DNA of 64,000 nucleotides from Candidatus Babeliales bacterium. GTDB taxonomy: Bacteria; Babelota; Babeliae; Babelales; JACPOV01. The stretch is from assembly GCA_050250855.1 (NCBI GenBank), contig JBFWNW010000004.1:1-64000 (forward strand), given 5' to 3'. Shown here piece after piece: positions 31,556-41,666 of this stretch; the stretch's first letter is position 1; each line of letters opens with the position of its first letter. Under the pieces are notes generated by a model. The model worked only from the letters and a program-made list of their open reading frames with translations, did no database searches and was not told the origin of the DNA. Both the position numbers and the translations under genes were made by a program.

Positions 31556-31690
31556 TCTACTTCGCCAGAAATCCAAGGCTTTTTAAGCCTGGGGGATGAA
31601 TGGCAAGTAGAACCCTTCGTAGCTTTAGCGTAGTAGGGTTGGCTTCGAAGAACTCCGCGCGAAACAACGGCTTAAAAGCCGTTGAGCGCT
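31556..31690. repeat. composite hairpin repeat (family B-like)
   Basis: ctacttcgcca..cccttcgtagctttagcgtagtaggg..ggcttcgaag and aacggcttaaaagccgtt hairpins. Confidence 0.55.
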
Positions 31691-32185
31691 TCATTTTTTC
31701 TTATATTCTGCTTGAGCAAGAACAAGGCGCTTGGTGTAGCTATGAGCGCGTGTTGCATAGTATGCCGCGTCACAAGCAACGCCTACTACGGCACCAAGCG
31801 TAAGGCCAAGAGCAACATAGCCTGCTTGTTTTAACGTTGAACGACCATTATAGCAGCCTGTAAAATAAAGTGCGCCAGGAGTAGCTATAGTGCAACTTGA
31901 TATTATCCCAGGAAGCGATGAAGATGAAAGCTGCTCATCTTTTATTTTCAAAAAGATTATCTTATCAAGTAGTGGCGCTTCTATAAAAAGGTCTACAATT
32001 TCATGGTACGGTTCCATTACTTGATACCAAGCAGTAAGGTCAGCCTGATTGCTTTTTTCTGCTACAAATATTTGGGTTGCAATAGCATCAATAACTTTAT
32101 TGAATTCATCATCCTCTTGTGCTTTAGTGAACCCTGAAAAGGCAAAAAAAGAGAGGAGTGCAAGAGACAAAGAGAGTGATTTCAT
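31691..32185 (-). CDS. hypothetical secreted/membrane protein
   Basis: Signal peptide ending TKA; C-terminal hydrophobic segment. Confidence 0.7.
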   Translation of the reverse strand: MKSLSLSLALLSFFAFSGFTKAQEDDEFNKVIDAIATQIFVAEKSNQADLTAWYQVMEPYHEIVDLFIEAPLLDKIIFLKIKDEQLSSSSLPGIISSCTIATPGALYFTGCYNGRSTLKQAGYVALGLTLGAVVGVACDAAYYATRAHSYTKRLVLAQAEYKKK

Positions 32186-32272
32186 AAAAAACCCTTGTTG
32201 TTTAAGATGGTTTACTTATAAGTAGTATAGGTTTTTTTTATAGTTTTGCAATCAAAGGGGGCTCTAATAGGC

Positions 32273-32971
32273 TTATTTCCTTCTATTAAGAAGCAAGATC
32301 ATGACAATAAGCAAAATAATATAAATATAGTGAATAAAAGGGTAGTTAATTGAGCCAAAAAGAGCAGAGCTAGCTGCCTCAAGCGTGTATTCCATAGCCT
32401 GCCCCCCATCAAGCAGAGGTATTGGCAATACATTAAAAGCTCCAAGCTCAATACTTATAGTAGCAATAAAAAATAAGAAAAAGCTGAACCCTTGGAGATC
32501 ATGGTGAAATATACTAAAGGCAGAAAGTTGTCCTTGAGAAGCGCTTTTCTTGCCAAGAAGGCCAAAAATAGTGGCAAAGCTTTTTCTTATAAGCTCCATA
32601 ACTGTTTTGGTTCCTTGCGCTAATGCAGGGAATAATCTTCTGTAGTCCAATAAAAAAAGCATACAAAGCAAAAACCAGCTGAGTAAAAAATTATTAAAAA
32701 TGCCGGCCAGTGTAATAATCATTTTTTGTGTATAAGAAGCTTTTTGTAAATCAGCACTATTAATGCTCACGTAACCACCTAGAGGAAGAAGGCTTATTTG
32801 AAATGTTGTTTGGCCTATTTGTTTTTTTATCAATGCCGGACCAAAACCCAAGGAAAATACTGGCGTTCGAATATTAAAAAATTTGCAGGATGCAAAGTGT
32901 CCTAGCTCATGAAAAAAAATAACAAATCCGAGCGCAAAAATGAGATACATAATACGGAGTAGTTTTGGCAT
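32273..32971 (-). CDS. site-2 (M50/RseP-like) metalloprotease without PDZ
   Basis: HELGH, FSLGFGP, LPLGGYV, NVLPIPLLDGG motifs. Confidence 0.9.
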   Translation of the reverse strand: MPKLLRIMYLIFALGFVIFFHELGHFASCKFFNIRTPVFSLGFGPALIKKQIGQTTFQISLLPLGGYVSINSADLQKASYTQKMIITLAGIFNNFLLSWFLLCMLFLLDYRRLFPALAQGTKTVMELIRKSFATIFGLLGKKSASQGQLSAFSIFHHDLQGFSFFLFFIATISIELGAFNVLPIPLLDGGQAMEYTLEAASSALFGSINYPFIHYIYIILLIVMILLLNRRK

Positions 32972-33135
32972 GATTTTCCTTAAAAGTAATTGTTCGTATG
33001 CTTTATCTTATAAACATAACGTACGAAAGAGCAATTATATAGCGTTAAATTTTTAATGCCCTTACCCTTTGTATTTTTTTTTAATAATTTATTATTATAA
33101 AATGCTATAAAAAAATTGTTATAAAAAAGGATTGT

Positions 33136-34449
33136 ATGAAGCGTCTTCTTTTTTCTTATAAAGATTCTGCTTTAATAAAGCAAGAAAAACTTGCTGCATT
33201 AGCAAAAGATTTAACGCCAGAAATTGAACACATACAAGATCAGCTGTTTTTGGGATATGCAACTGATTATGCATCATTAAATCTTCCAGCAGATAAAGCA
33301 TTGTATCAAGAAGTTGCCGCCATTGCTGCTGAAAAAAAAGCATGTGATCCTGAGCTTGTTATAGTATGCGGTATTGGCGGGTCTCAGCTTGGTACACAAG
33401 CAGTTGTTGAAGCATTAAGTGGTGTTCTTTATCATCAAAGAACTAAGCCTAAAATTTATTTTGCCGATACGGTTGATACTGCAGCAATACAACTACTTTA
33501 TGATAAAGCAGAGGAGTATTTAAAGCTTGGTAAAAATATCATTCTTAATGTAGTTACTAAATCAGGAACAACGACGGAAACTATAGCAAATTTTGAAATT
33601 TTTTTAGCATTGTTAAAAAAATATAAGCCAGATGCTTTTCATAAATTTGTTGTGGTAACAACAGATTATAATTCTCCTTTGCAGGCCTTGGCGCGAGATT
33701 ATAAATTTTCTATTCTTTCAATCCCTGAAAAAGTTGGTGGCAGGTATTCAGTTTTTTCTGCGGTTGGCCAATTTATTTTTATGCTTCTTGGTTTTGACAC
33801 GCAGGAGCTTTTGCAAGGAGCGCAAGATGCCTTGCAATGGTGCACTAATACTGACTATCAAGAAAATCCTGCAGCATTAAGTGCCATGATAAAATATGAA
33901 CAGTATACGCACAACAAAGTAATTATTAATGATTTTTTTGCCTTTTCATTACAGCTGGAATCTGTTGGCAAATGGTACCGCCAATTAGTAGGGGAAAGTT
34001 TAGGAAAAGAGTTTGACCGTGAAGGGAAAAAAGTTAACAGGGGTATAACACCAACAGTTTCGTTAGGCAGTAATGATTTACACTCGGTTGGGCAGCTTTA
34101 TTTAGGCGGCCCATTCGATAAATTCATTACATTCGTGAGCGTGCAAGAGTATAAAAGTCCTTTAGAAGTGCCACATTTTCCTGAATTTAATAATTTGGTT
34201 GCGAACATACAACAAAAAACGTTACCTTCTATAATGAATGCCATTGTGCTGGGGGTAAAAAATGCGTATAAAAATCAACAAAGACCTTTTTGTTCACTTG
34301 TATTACCTAAAATTTCGCCGTATTATATTGGGCAGTTGTTACAACTGTACATGATTGAAGTTATGTATTTAGGATACTTGCTAAAGGTAAATTGTTTCGA
34401 TCAACCGAATGTAGAATTGTATAAAATTGAAACAAGAAAGATCTTATGA
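33136..34449 (+). CDS. pgi: glucose-6-phosphate isomerase
   Basis: GIGGSQLG, KSGTTTET, VGGRYSV, ESLGK, DLHSVGQ, FDQPNVE motifs. Confidence 0.95.
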   Translation: MKRLLFSYKDSALIKQEKLAALAKDLTPEIEHIQDQLFLGYATDYASLNLPADKALYQEVAAIAAEKKACDPELVIVCGIGGSQLGTQAVVEALSGVLYHQRTKPKIYFADTVDTAAIQLLYDKAEEYLKLGKNIILNVVTKSGTTTETIANFEIFLALLKKYKPDAFHKFVVVTTDYNSPLQALARDYKFSILSIPEKVGGRYSVFSAVGQFIFMLLGFDTQELLQGAQDALQWCTNTDYQENPAALSAMIKYEQYTHNKVIINDFFAFSLQLESVGKWYRQLVGESLGKEFDREGKKVNRGITPTVSLGSNDLHSVGQLYLGGPFDKFITFVSVQEYKSPLEVPHFPEFNNLVANIQQKTLPSIMNAIVLGVKNAYKNQQRPFCSLVLPKISPYYIGQLLQLYMIEVMYLGYLLKVNCFDQPNVELYKIETRKIL

Positions 34450-35849
34450 TTGATTGTACCTTTATTATTCTTGGTGCAACGGGTGATTTGGCAAAGCGTA
34501 AACTTATTCCCGCTTTATATAAACTTGTGCAAGACAAAAAAATTCGCAATTTTTTAATTGTTGGCGCAGCGCTCGAGCAGGTAACTGCTGATGAATGTAT
34601 TGACCGTGGGCGCATCTTTATTCCCAATGTAGATGAAGAAATCTGGCGTCGTTTAAAAAAATCTTTTTATTATCAGCAGCTTGATTTTAATGACCATAAA
34701 GGGTTTAAGCATTTAAACCAATTTATTGATTCATTAGAAAAAGAGCACTCTTTTGCAGGCAATCGTTTAGTATATATGGCAGTTCCATCACTTTTTTTCT
34801 GTACTATAACTAAACATCTTGGTGCTTCTGGTATTGTTAAAAAATCTGACAGTAAAGGATTAGTAGGTGGCCATTGGCAGCGCATTATCTACGAAAAACC
34901 ATTCGGTACCAGTTTAGAATCTGCTCGTGATATTAATGCTTGCATACATGAATATTTTAATGAAAATCAAATTTATCGTATTGATCATTATTTAACAAAA
35001 GAGTTAGTAGGCAGTATTTTATTAGCGCGCTTTACGAATATGATTTTTGAACCACTATGGAATAGTAATTATATAGAAGAAGTGCAGATCATTTTAAGTG
35101 AAACACTCGGGGTAGAAGGAAGAGGAATTTATTATGATCAGTATGGTGTGTTAAAAGATATGGTACAAAATCATATGCTGCAACTGATGGCTCTTGTTGC
35201 CATGGAGCTTCCAGAGCAGCTTGATGCACATTATATTCGCGATCAAAAAGCAGCAGTACTCAAAAAAATAAAATGTGTAGGTGGCGTATTAGGGCAATAT
35301 GACGGGTACCTTCAAGAAAAAAATGTTGCTTCAAATTCGCAAACGCCAACCTTTGCCTTACTTGCTATGCATGTTGATACGCCTCGTTGGAAAGGTGTTC
35401 CTTTTTATATAAAAACAGGAAAAACATTATTTCACAAAAATAGTTCTATTCATATTAAGTTTAAAGAAGTTTCGTGTAAGTTGCGTGATCGTTGTATGTA
35501 TACTTCAGATTATTTGAGTATACAAATAGATCCTGATTCAAGTTTTTCTTTGCAATTGAATATTAAAAAACCTGGCCAAACCTATGAAGTAACGCCGGTT
35601 AATTTACATTTTAGTCATAATTATGTTTTTGGTACCACAACGCCAGAAGCATATGAAGTTCTTTTAGAACAAATTATGATGGGAGAACAATCGGTCTCAG
35701 TGCGTTTTGATGAAATAGAATCTTCTTGGCATATCATTGAGCAAATTGAGCAGCTTAAATTGCCAGTGCTCCCTTATAAGCAAAGTTCTCAAGGACCACA
35801 TGAAGCAGAACTTTTTGCAGAAAAACATAAATTATGGTGGCGAGCATGA
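34446..35849 (+). CDS. zwf: glucose-6-phosphate dehydrogenase
   Basis: GATGDLA, EKPFG, RIDHYL, DMVQNH, RWKGVPF motifs. Confidence 0.96.
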   Translation: MIDCTFIILGATGDLAKRKLIPALYKLVQDKKIRNFLIVGAALEQVTADECIDRGRIFIPNVDEEIWRRLKKSFYYQQLDFNDHKGFKHLNQFIDSLEKEHSFAGNRLVYMAVPSLFFCTITKHLGASGIVKKSDSKGLVGGHWQRIIYEKPFGTSLESARDINACIHEYFNENQIYRIDHYLTKELVGSILLARFTNMIFEPLWNSNYIEEVQIILSETLGVEGRGIYYDQYGVLKDMVQNHMLQLMALVAMELPEQLDAHYIRDQKAAVLKKIKCVGGVLGQYDGYLQEKNVASNSQTPTFALLAMHVDTPRWKGVPFYIKTGKTLFHKNSSIHIKFKEVSCKLRDRCMYTSDYLSIQIDPDSSFSLQLNIKKPGQTYEVTPVNLHFSHNYVFGTTTPEAYEVLLEQIMMGEQSVSVRFDEIESSWHIIEQIEQLKLPVLPYKQSSQGPHEAELFAEKHKLWWRA

Positions 35850-36742
35850 AAGTAGGATTTATAGGTTTAGGAAAAATGGGTTCTGCACTTGTAACGCGTG
35901 CATTGCAAGATGGTCACGAGGTTGTTGGCTTTGATACTCATAAAGAGAATTCACAAGATTTAAAGCAACATAAAAATTTTACGTTTGCACACGATTTAAA
36001 AAGTTTAGTAGATGACACACGGATACTCTGGCTCATGGTCCCGGCTGGCAAGATAGTGGATAACGTTCTTGATGAACTTAAGCCACATCTTGCTGGTCGC
36101 CCTATTATTGTAGATGGAGGCAATAGTAAATTTACTGACTCAATACGTCGCGCCAAAGAATTAGAAACGTGCGGCGTGCATTTTTTAGATTGCGGCACAT
36201 CGGGCGGTATACGTGGTAAAGAAATTGGTTTTTCATTAATGGTTGGTGGCAATCAAGATGCGTACGATGAAATAAAACCATTATTGCAATCATTAGCAGC
36301 ACCCAATGGTTTTGGGTACATGGGCCCTTCGGGTGCAGGGCATTATGTAAAAATGGTGCATAATGGCATTGAATATGCATTAATGCAAAGTTACGCAGAA
36401 GGATTTCATCTTTTAAAGGATGGACATTTTAAAGAATTAGACTTGGCAAAAATTTCTTCAGTTTGGTATAATGGCTCCGTCATTCGCTCATGGCTTTTAG
36501 AATTATGCCATGAAATTTTTCTGCACCCTGAAACATTACAAAAAATTTCAGGAAGCGTTGCAGAAAGCGGGATGGCTCAATGGACTATTGAAGATGCACA
36601 TAAGCATGACATTCCCGTTCAGCTCATTGAAGATGCGTTAGAGATTCGTTTTTGGTCACAGGAGACAGGAGGCAATTATGCTACAAAAGTTGTTGCAATG
36701 CTGCGCAATAAATTCGGCGGCCATGAAGTTCAAAAAAAATAG
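35846..36742 (+). CDS. gnd: 6-phosphogluconate dehydrogenase (decarboxylating, short type)
   Basis: GLGKMG, DGGNS, GTSGG, KMVHNGIEY, RNKFGGH motifs. Confidence 0.95.
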   Translation: MKVGFIGLGKMGSALVTRALQDGHEVVGFDTHKENSQDLKQHKNFTFAHDLKSLVDDTRILWLMVPAGKIVDNVLDELKPHLAGRPIIVDGGNSKFTDSIRRAKELETCGVHFLDCGTSGGIRGKEIGFSLMVGGNQDAYDEIKPLLQSLAAPNGFGYMGPSGAGHYVKMVHNGIEYALMQSYAEGFHLLKDGHFKELDLAKISSVWYNGSVIRSWLLELCHEIFLHPETLQKISGSVAESGMAQWTIEDAHKHDIPVQLIEDALEIRFWSQETGGNYATKVVAMLRNKFGGHEVQKK

Positions 36743-37031
36743 TTTACTGTTTATAGTTTTATGCAGTAGCCAGTTGGCATTAAGTTATCCACCACCATTT
36801 GAGTTGAGCAATAGAAAACCTCAACAACAAGAGATGTCAGAAAATGCTAGCACGAATCAGTTGCATAAGAAAAAAAATTTTGATTGTAATGATTGTTTAT
36901 CATGCAAGAAAAAAATGTGTGAGCGATTCTGGAAGCTAGACGAGGTAGTGTTTGCTGGACTCGCAATGGTTTTTCTAGGTGGTTGTAACTATTTATATGA
37001 ATCATGCAATGATAATACTCATTTAGAATAA
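36678..37031 (+). CDS. secreted cassette protein 1 (overlaps the gnd 3' end)
   Basis: AGGAGG then ATG 36678; shared leader MKFKK.SLL.IVLCSSQLA; alternative start 36723. Confidence 0.6.
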   Translation: MLQKLLQCCAINSAAMKFKKNSLLFIVLCSSQLALSYPPPFELSNRKPQQQEMSENASTNQLHKKKNFDCNDCLSCKKKMCERFWKLDEVVFAGLAMVFLGGCNYLYESCNDNTHLE

Positions 37032-37039
37032 GGTAAGTC

Positions 37040-37552
37040 ATGCTACAAAAATTGTTGCAATGCTGCGCAATAAATTCGGCGGCCATGAAGTTCAAAAAAA
37101 GTAGTTTACTGCTTATAGTTTTATGCAGTAGCCAGTTGGCAGTAAGTATGGATAAGCGCCAGCTAAAGCAGGGCCCAAAGGGTAATACTTTGAGTTCTTG
37201 CAAAGTTCTTGCAAAAAATGCAAAGAAAAATAAAAAACTTCAAGATTCAAAGAATTCTAAGATACAAAGAAATCGCCAGATGCCACAAGGAAACCGTCAG
37301 ATTTTGCCAAGAAACCTAGAACAAGGGGTTGAAGTTGTAGGAGAAATGGCGTTAATGCGAGATAATAATCATAATTATGCGCAATTTTTTAGATTTCCTG
37401 TGCTTTTTTCATTGATTATTTTTGTCATTTTCATGAATTTTAATAATGACACTAATAATACAAGACAAGAAATCCAGACTACAAAAGATTTCACTGGTCA
37501 TCATTTAGGATCACTTAAATCTACTTTTATGAATAATGAACCTAATCAATAA
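37040..37552 (+). CDS. secreted cassette protein 2
   Basis: Same leader, divergent basic body plus a TM segment. Confidence 0.65.
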   Translation: MLQKLLQCCAINSAAMKFKKSSLLLIVLCSSQLAVSMDKRQLKQGPKGNTLSSCKVLAKNAKKNKKLQDSKNSKIQRNRQMPQGNRQILPRNLEQGVEVVGEMALMRDNNHNYAQFFRFPVLFSLIIFVIFMNFNNDTNNTRQEIQTTKDFTGHHLGSLKSTFMNNEPNQ

Positions 37553-37567
37553 AAACAGGAGACAATT

Positions 37568-37954
37568 ATGTTGCAAAAATTGTTGCAATGCGACGCAATA
37601 AATTTAGCAGACATGAAGTTCAAAAAAAGCTGCCTATTGCTTATGCTTTTATGCTGCAGCCAGTTGGCATTAAGTATGGAAGAAGGTGGTTTCCGTAAAA
37701 GAAAGCCTCAAGAACAACAGATGACACAGAGCGAAGATTCTGAGTTTCAAAAAGAAGTTGCTCGCCAGCGAGAAATAAACGAAGCAATACAAAAGCGGCA
37801 AGAAGCGGAATTTAGAGCAAGGGATAATGATTGTACTAATGGTTGTTTTTGTTTGATTGCTTTAGGGCTTATCTGTTTTGAGTTTTTGCTGCAACCTCTT
37901 CTTATTGCTTCATACTATAGTGACAGAGGAGATAACTGGCGTCCACCATATTAA
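37568..37954 (+). CDS. secreted cassette protein 3
   Basis: Same leader; RKPQEQQM shared with cassette 1; Cys-containing TM. Confidence 0.65.
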   Translation: MLQKLLQCDAINLADMKFKKSCLLLMLLCCSQLALSMEEGGFRKRKPQEQQMTQSEDSEFQKEVARQREINEAIQKRQEAEFRARDNDCTNGCFCLIALGLICFEFLLQPLLIASYYSDRGDNWRPPY

Positions 37955-37985
37955 TCTTAAGATCTGAACCTTAAAATTAAATTTT

Positions 37986-38023
37986 AAAAAGGCTCAATGA
38001 TCAATGGTCATTGGGCCTTTTTT
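37986..38023 (+). terminator. intrinsic terminator after the gnd cassette array
   Basis: aaaaaggctcaatga-tcaatgg-tcattgggcctttttt. Confidence 0.8.
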
Positions 38024-38070
38024 GCGTTATACTGCTAGGAAATTATTAACAAAAAACTTTAGTTATTTAT

Positions 38071-38796
38071 ATGGTATATTTTTTTCTTTTATTTTTTTTA
38101 TTGCATACGAGCACTGATCTATGCCAAGAGTATGAAACTTATTTTCAAGAATTTCCTCAAGCAATAAATTTTCACATTCTTAATTATGTGATATCAAATA
38201 CAACAAAAGCCAAGCATAAAATTGCAAAAATAAGCAACGTTAAGCCATTTGATGAACTCTGTGCATGGGAGTGGTCTGATACAGAGCATCCACGGCCTTT
38301 GCGTATAGAAAGTGCAATTCTTGCTAGTACAGAAATTAATACTAAAAATATTGCAGGAATATTGAAGCGTGCTGATCAATTGAAAGATGAAAAGAAAAAG
38401 CAAGAATGCTATAACGCCTTGAACGTTGCAGATCCTTGGTATATGCACTTCTATAATGCTCTTACGTGTGGCAGCTGTACTCTTTGCAGCTGTAAAACAG
38501 CTGACAAGCTTCATGCTGAACATGTTAAAAGTTATGAAAATTTAGTAAGGAAAAAATATGGTATTGAAGCGCTTGATGAAGAAAAAATTAAAACTATGTA
38601 TAATTTTAATAGTTATGTAGAGAAAAAAAAGAATGCTCAGTGCTTTGTACCACTATGTTTAGGAGGGACTTTTTTGAGTTTTGTTTGTTTTCCTTGCTTA
38701 ATAGTTTCACTCAGTGCTCAACTCTATGAAAACTATTGTTGTAGTTGTTGTGTGCGCTGCTGTCGTGAGTGTGATGAGGTTTCTTTTGCACACTGA
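38071..38796 (+). CDS. secreted F-box-like, Cys-rich 'KYG' family protein
   Basis: FQEFPQAINFHILNYV..VKPFDELC; VRKKYG; poly-Cys C-terminus. Confidence 0.7.
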   Translation: MVYFFLLFFLLHTSTDLCQEYETYFQEFPQAINFHILNYVISNTTKAKHKIAKISNVKPFDELCAWEWSDTEHPRPLRIESAILASTEINTKNIAGILKRADQLKDEKKKQECYNALNVADPWYMHFYNALTCGSCTLCSCKTADKLHAEHVKSYENLVRKKYGIEALDEEKIKTMYNFNSYVEKKKNAQCFVPLCLGGTFLSFVCFPCLIVSLSAQLYENYCCSCCVRCCRECDEVSFAH

Positions 38797-38831
38797 ATTG
38801 CTAGAAAATTATTAATAAATCCAGGTTTTAC

Positions 38832-39488
38832 ATGAGAAGATTTTTTTTTCTAGTTGGTTTGTATAGTTCTTATTTTTTTTGCCAAGAAAAAGATCTCCAT
38901 AATCTTGCAGTCCAACCTTATGATATAAAAAATACTGTTATCGATTTTGTTATGCAGCTGCCACCCAATAGTTCATGGCAAGAAAAAAAAGCAGTGCTCA
39001 AAGATACGCTCAGTTTAATGCAGGTCAATAAAGAATTTAAGCAGTTAATAAATACTAAAAAAGAAAAGCTAGAGCTTCTTAAAAAAGTTGTACTATTATT
39101 ATCCCCTGATGCAAGACCGACTCCTAAAGATATAAAATTTTGCATGGATTATGCTGTACAACAGAATGATAAAATAGCTCTCGATCGTGCGTATCAAGCA
39201 ATTTCAATAGGCCAAAAAGATGCTTTTGATAGTGGCTCTTTGTTTGAATTATGCTGCTATTTTCCATCGACACAAGAAAAAAATCTTATCTTTACTAATC
39301 AGTTTAATGATGCAGTACAAAAAAAGTACGGATTACAAAAAATAGACTATGAGCAGTTGCAAAAATATGAAAGCTATGAAACTTTTATATTTTGGAGATG
39401 GATTTTCAATTGTATAGTATGCCCATGCTATGTAGGATGTAAGAATAAGCCTTGGCAAAAGGGCATGAAAGGAGCAAGAATTGAATAA
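38832..39488 (+). CDS. secreted F-box-like 'KYG' family protein
   Basis: QPYDIKNTVIDFV..LSLMQVNKEFKQLI; VQKKYG; upstream tgctag.aaattattaa duplicated from 38030. Confidence 0.7.
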   Translation: MRRFFFLVGLYSSYFFCQEKDLHNLAVQPYDIKNTVIDFVMQLPPNSSWQEKKAVLKDTLSLMQVNKEFKQLINTKKEKLELLKKVVLLLSPDARPTPKDIKFCMDYAVQQNDKIALDRAYQAISIGQKDAFDSGSLFELCCYFPSTQEKNLIFTNQFNDAVQKKYGLQKIDYEQLQKYESYETFIFWRWIFNCIVCPCYVGCKNKPWQKGMKGARIE

Positions 39489-40038
39489 GTATACTACGTT
39501 CTGGGGCATATTCTTTTTTTGTACGACCGTTTTCTGTATGGATGATTCTCAGTTTATGTTCCCTATAAATCTTCCCATGTCTGAGCATCAAATAGAACTT
39601 GATCCAACATGCTTTCAAAATATAGGGGATATGTGTACTTGTGTATTACCAGGACCTCATGAGAAAACACCCTTTCGAGCATATTGGGATGAAGAATGTT
39701 ATAAAGGATTTACCCAGCGTGTCCAAGAAAAATATGGCATTGATAAACCTATTCCAGAAAAAAGCTCCCATGATTATTTACACTATCGAGCATCAAGAGA
39801 AGAGTATTTGGGCTGTTGTTTGGCTGGGCTGATAAACTCTTTGAGATGTTGCTGCTGCCCTTGCTTGACAGCATATTCATGCTGCTGTGATGTTTGTCCG
39901 TGTTTAGATGTTTGCCCATGGGAAAGCTATGCATGCGAATGGTTTTTAAAACCTGTATGTTGTGATGAAGATGCGTGTATAGGGTATTCTTGTTCAGCGT
40001 GTTGTTTTTGTTGCTGCACCGTGTGTGATAGTCAATGA
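39481..40038 (+). CDS. secreted, extremely Cys-rich 'KYG' family protein
   Basis: VQEKYG; CCCCPC and CCFCCC runs. Confidence 0.7.
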   Translation: MNKYTTFWGIFFFCTTVFCMDDSQFMFPINLPMSEHQIELDPTCFQNIGDMCTCVLPGPHEKTPFRAYWDEECYKGFTQRVQEKYGIDKPIPEKSSHDYLHYRASREEYLGCCLAGLINSLRCCCCPCLTAYSCCCDVCPCLDVCPWESYACEWFLKPVCCDEDACIGYSCSACCFCCCTVCDSQ

Positions 40039-40106
40039 TTTACTAAAATCATACTCTTGAAATAGTTAGTTGAAATTTGATAATTGTATATAAAAAAGGG
40101 AATTAT

Positions 40107-40322
40107 ATGAATTATAAAGTAGTTGTACTGAATATTATTTTTTGTGCGTCCTGCTTATATGCGCAAGAAGATCAATCTATTCCATTACCAAAAAAAACAG
40201 ACGTAAATATTAAAAAAAATGGCTCTAAAGATCTTGAAAAATTGGGTGAGGCAGCAGCTTATGGCCTTCAAGAAGTATTAGCTATAGTTCAAAAGTACTA
40301 CCTTATGCTTACAACAGAATAA
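40107..40322 (+). CDS. small hypothetical secreted protein
   Basis: Signal peptide ending LYA. Confidence 0.5.
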   Translation: MNYKVVVLNIIFCASCLYAQEDQSIPLPKKTDVNIKKNGSKDLEKLGEAAAYGLQEVLAIVQKYYLMLTTE

Positions 40323-40345
40323 AGAATTCATTCCAAGGAGTTTGC

Positions 40346-40981
40346 ATGAAGATAATTGATATCAGTTGGCCTATCTCTGAAGCTATGACTGAATATAAGG
40401 ATGGCAAGTCGGTAAAACTTACGCCAACCAAAACTATGGAGCATAATGGCGTACGGGAATGGCTTTTGCAGATGAATAACCATACAGGAACGCATATAGA
40501 TGGCCCTGCGCATTTTCTTGCAACCGGGCAAACGATTGATAAGTTTGAATTGCAAAGTGTAATTGGTCCATGCCGCGTACTAGATCTAACCTCGGTGACC
40601 GAAAAAATAATGCCAGAAGATTTAGAGCCGTTTGGTATAGAAAAAAATGAAATTATTCTTTTAAAAACAACTAACAGTTTTCGCCAGCCTACCGATAATT
40701 TTACCTATAATTTTGCCTATATAAGTGACGCCGCTGCTCATTATCTTGCGCACGCACGCATAAAAGCGTTAGGCTTTGATTATCTTGGTATTGAGCGTAA
40801 CCAGCCAAACCATGATACGCACAAAGCATTTATGCAGTTTAATATTCCTATAGTGGAAGGATTGCGTTTAGGTGCAGTAAGTGCTGGTTCATATTTTTTT
40901 GTTTGTTTGCCACTGTATGCAGTTGGTCTTGATTCTGCACCGGCCCGTGCAGTGTTGCTTGAAGGGGTGAAAGTAACATGA
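40346..40981 (+). CDS. cyclase-family metal hydrolase (kynurenine formamidase-like)
   Basis: HTGTHIDGPAH, GFDYLGI, IVEGL, SAPARAVL motifs. Confidence 0.9.
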   Translation: MKIIDISWPISEAMTEYKDGKSVKLTPTKTMEHNGVREWLLQMNNHTGTHIDGPAHFLATGQTIDKFELQSVIGPCRVLDLTSVTEKIMPEDLEPFGIEKNEIILLKTTNSFRQPTDNFTYNFAYISDAAAHYLAHARIKALGFDYLGIERNQPNHDTHKAFMQFNIPIVEGLRLGAVSAGSYFFVCLPLYAVGLDSAPARAVLLEGVKVT

Positions 40982-41646
40982 AGAAGTTATGTATTATTTT
41001 TATGCTAGCAGGAACTTTGGGTGCAATGGAGCCGAAGAAATCTGACAAAGGTAAAAAAGAAACAACGCCATTGCTTAAAAAAGAGTCTAATTCATCTCAA
41101 TCGAGTGACTATCATAATTCAGGATTTGAGGTTTCTTCTTCTAGTGATGCTAGTTTGCTTAAGCCAACAACGCAAATGATGGAAGTTGAAGAGTGTGAAA
41201 AGAAGTATGAGCAAAGAAAAGAAATAATGCAGAAAGCTATAGCTGGCATAAAAGCATGTAGAAATAACATTGACAATGTGAAGCTTACTACTGATTATAG
41301 CTTTATTATTTGGGTTGCAAAAGATAAAGCTGAGGAATTTAAAAAATATTACTATCAGCTTGTTGCGGTGCAAAACTTACAACATAAAGATGAAAAGTGG
41401 GAAACATATCCTGTTTCTGGTAATTGTTGTTATAGCGGCACTCTTATAGAAAGAAAGACAGCTTCTATACGTCCAGTATTAGATGAAAACTGTTTGAGAA
41501 ACGAACTTGGTGATTTAGGTTGTTTACTCTATCGTGTTTTAACGGTATCTGAGTATGATGAATCATTGATGTTTTATTCTGATTTTCCTCGTAACGTTTC
41601 ACGAAATACCTTAACGGAGTATGTTAAAGAATCAAAACGTCATTAA
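40978..41646 (+). CDS. hypothetical secreted protein
   Basis: Signal ending LGA-ME. Confidence 0.7.
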   Translation: MKKLCIIFMLAGTLGAMEPKKSDKGKKETTPLLKKESNSSQSSDYHNSGFEVSSSSDASLLKPTTQMMEVEECEKKYEQRKEIMQKAIAGIKACRNNIDNVKLTTDYSFIIWVAKDKAEEFKKYYYQLVAVQNLQHKDEKWETYPVSGNCCYSGTLIERKTASIRPVLDENCLRNELGDLGCLLYRVLTVSEYDESLMFYSDFPRNVSRNTLTEYVKESKRH

Positions 41647-41666
41647 TAAAAAAGAGGGGGACGGGG

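Larger units (their letters stand above)
36665..37680 (+). repeat. three ~115-125 bp direct repeats of the gnd 3' end plus signal-peptide region
   Basis: Copies at ~36665-36786, 37040-37152 and 37555-37680. Confidence 0.9.

Noticed and set aside
40024..40038. C-terminal CDSQ as a CaaX prenylation motif
   Set aside because: The middle residues are not aliphatic and paralogs lack the motif.
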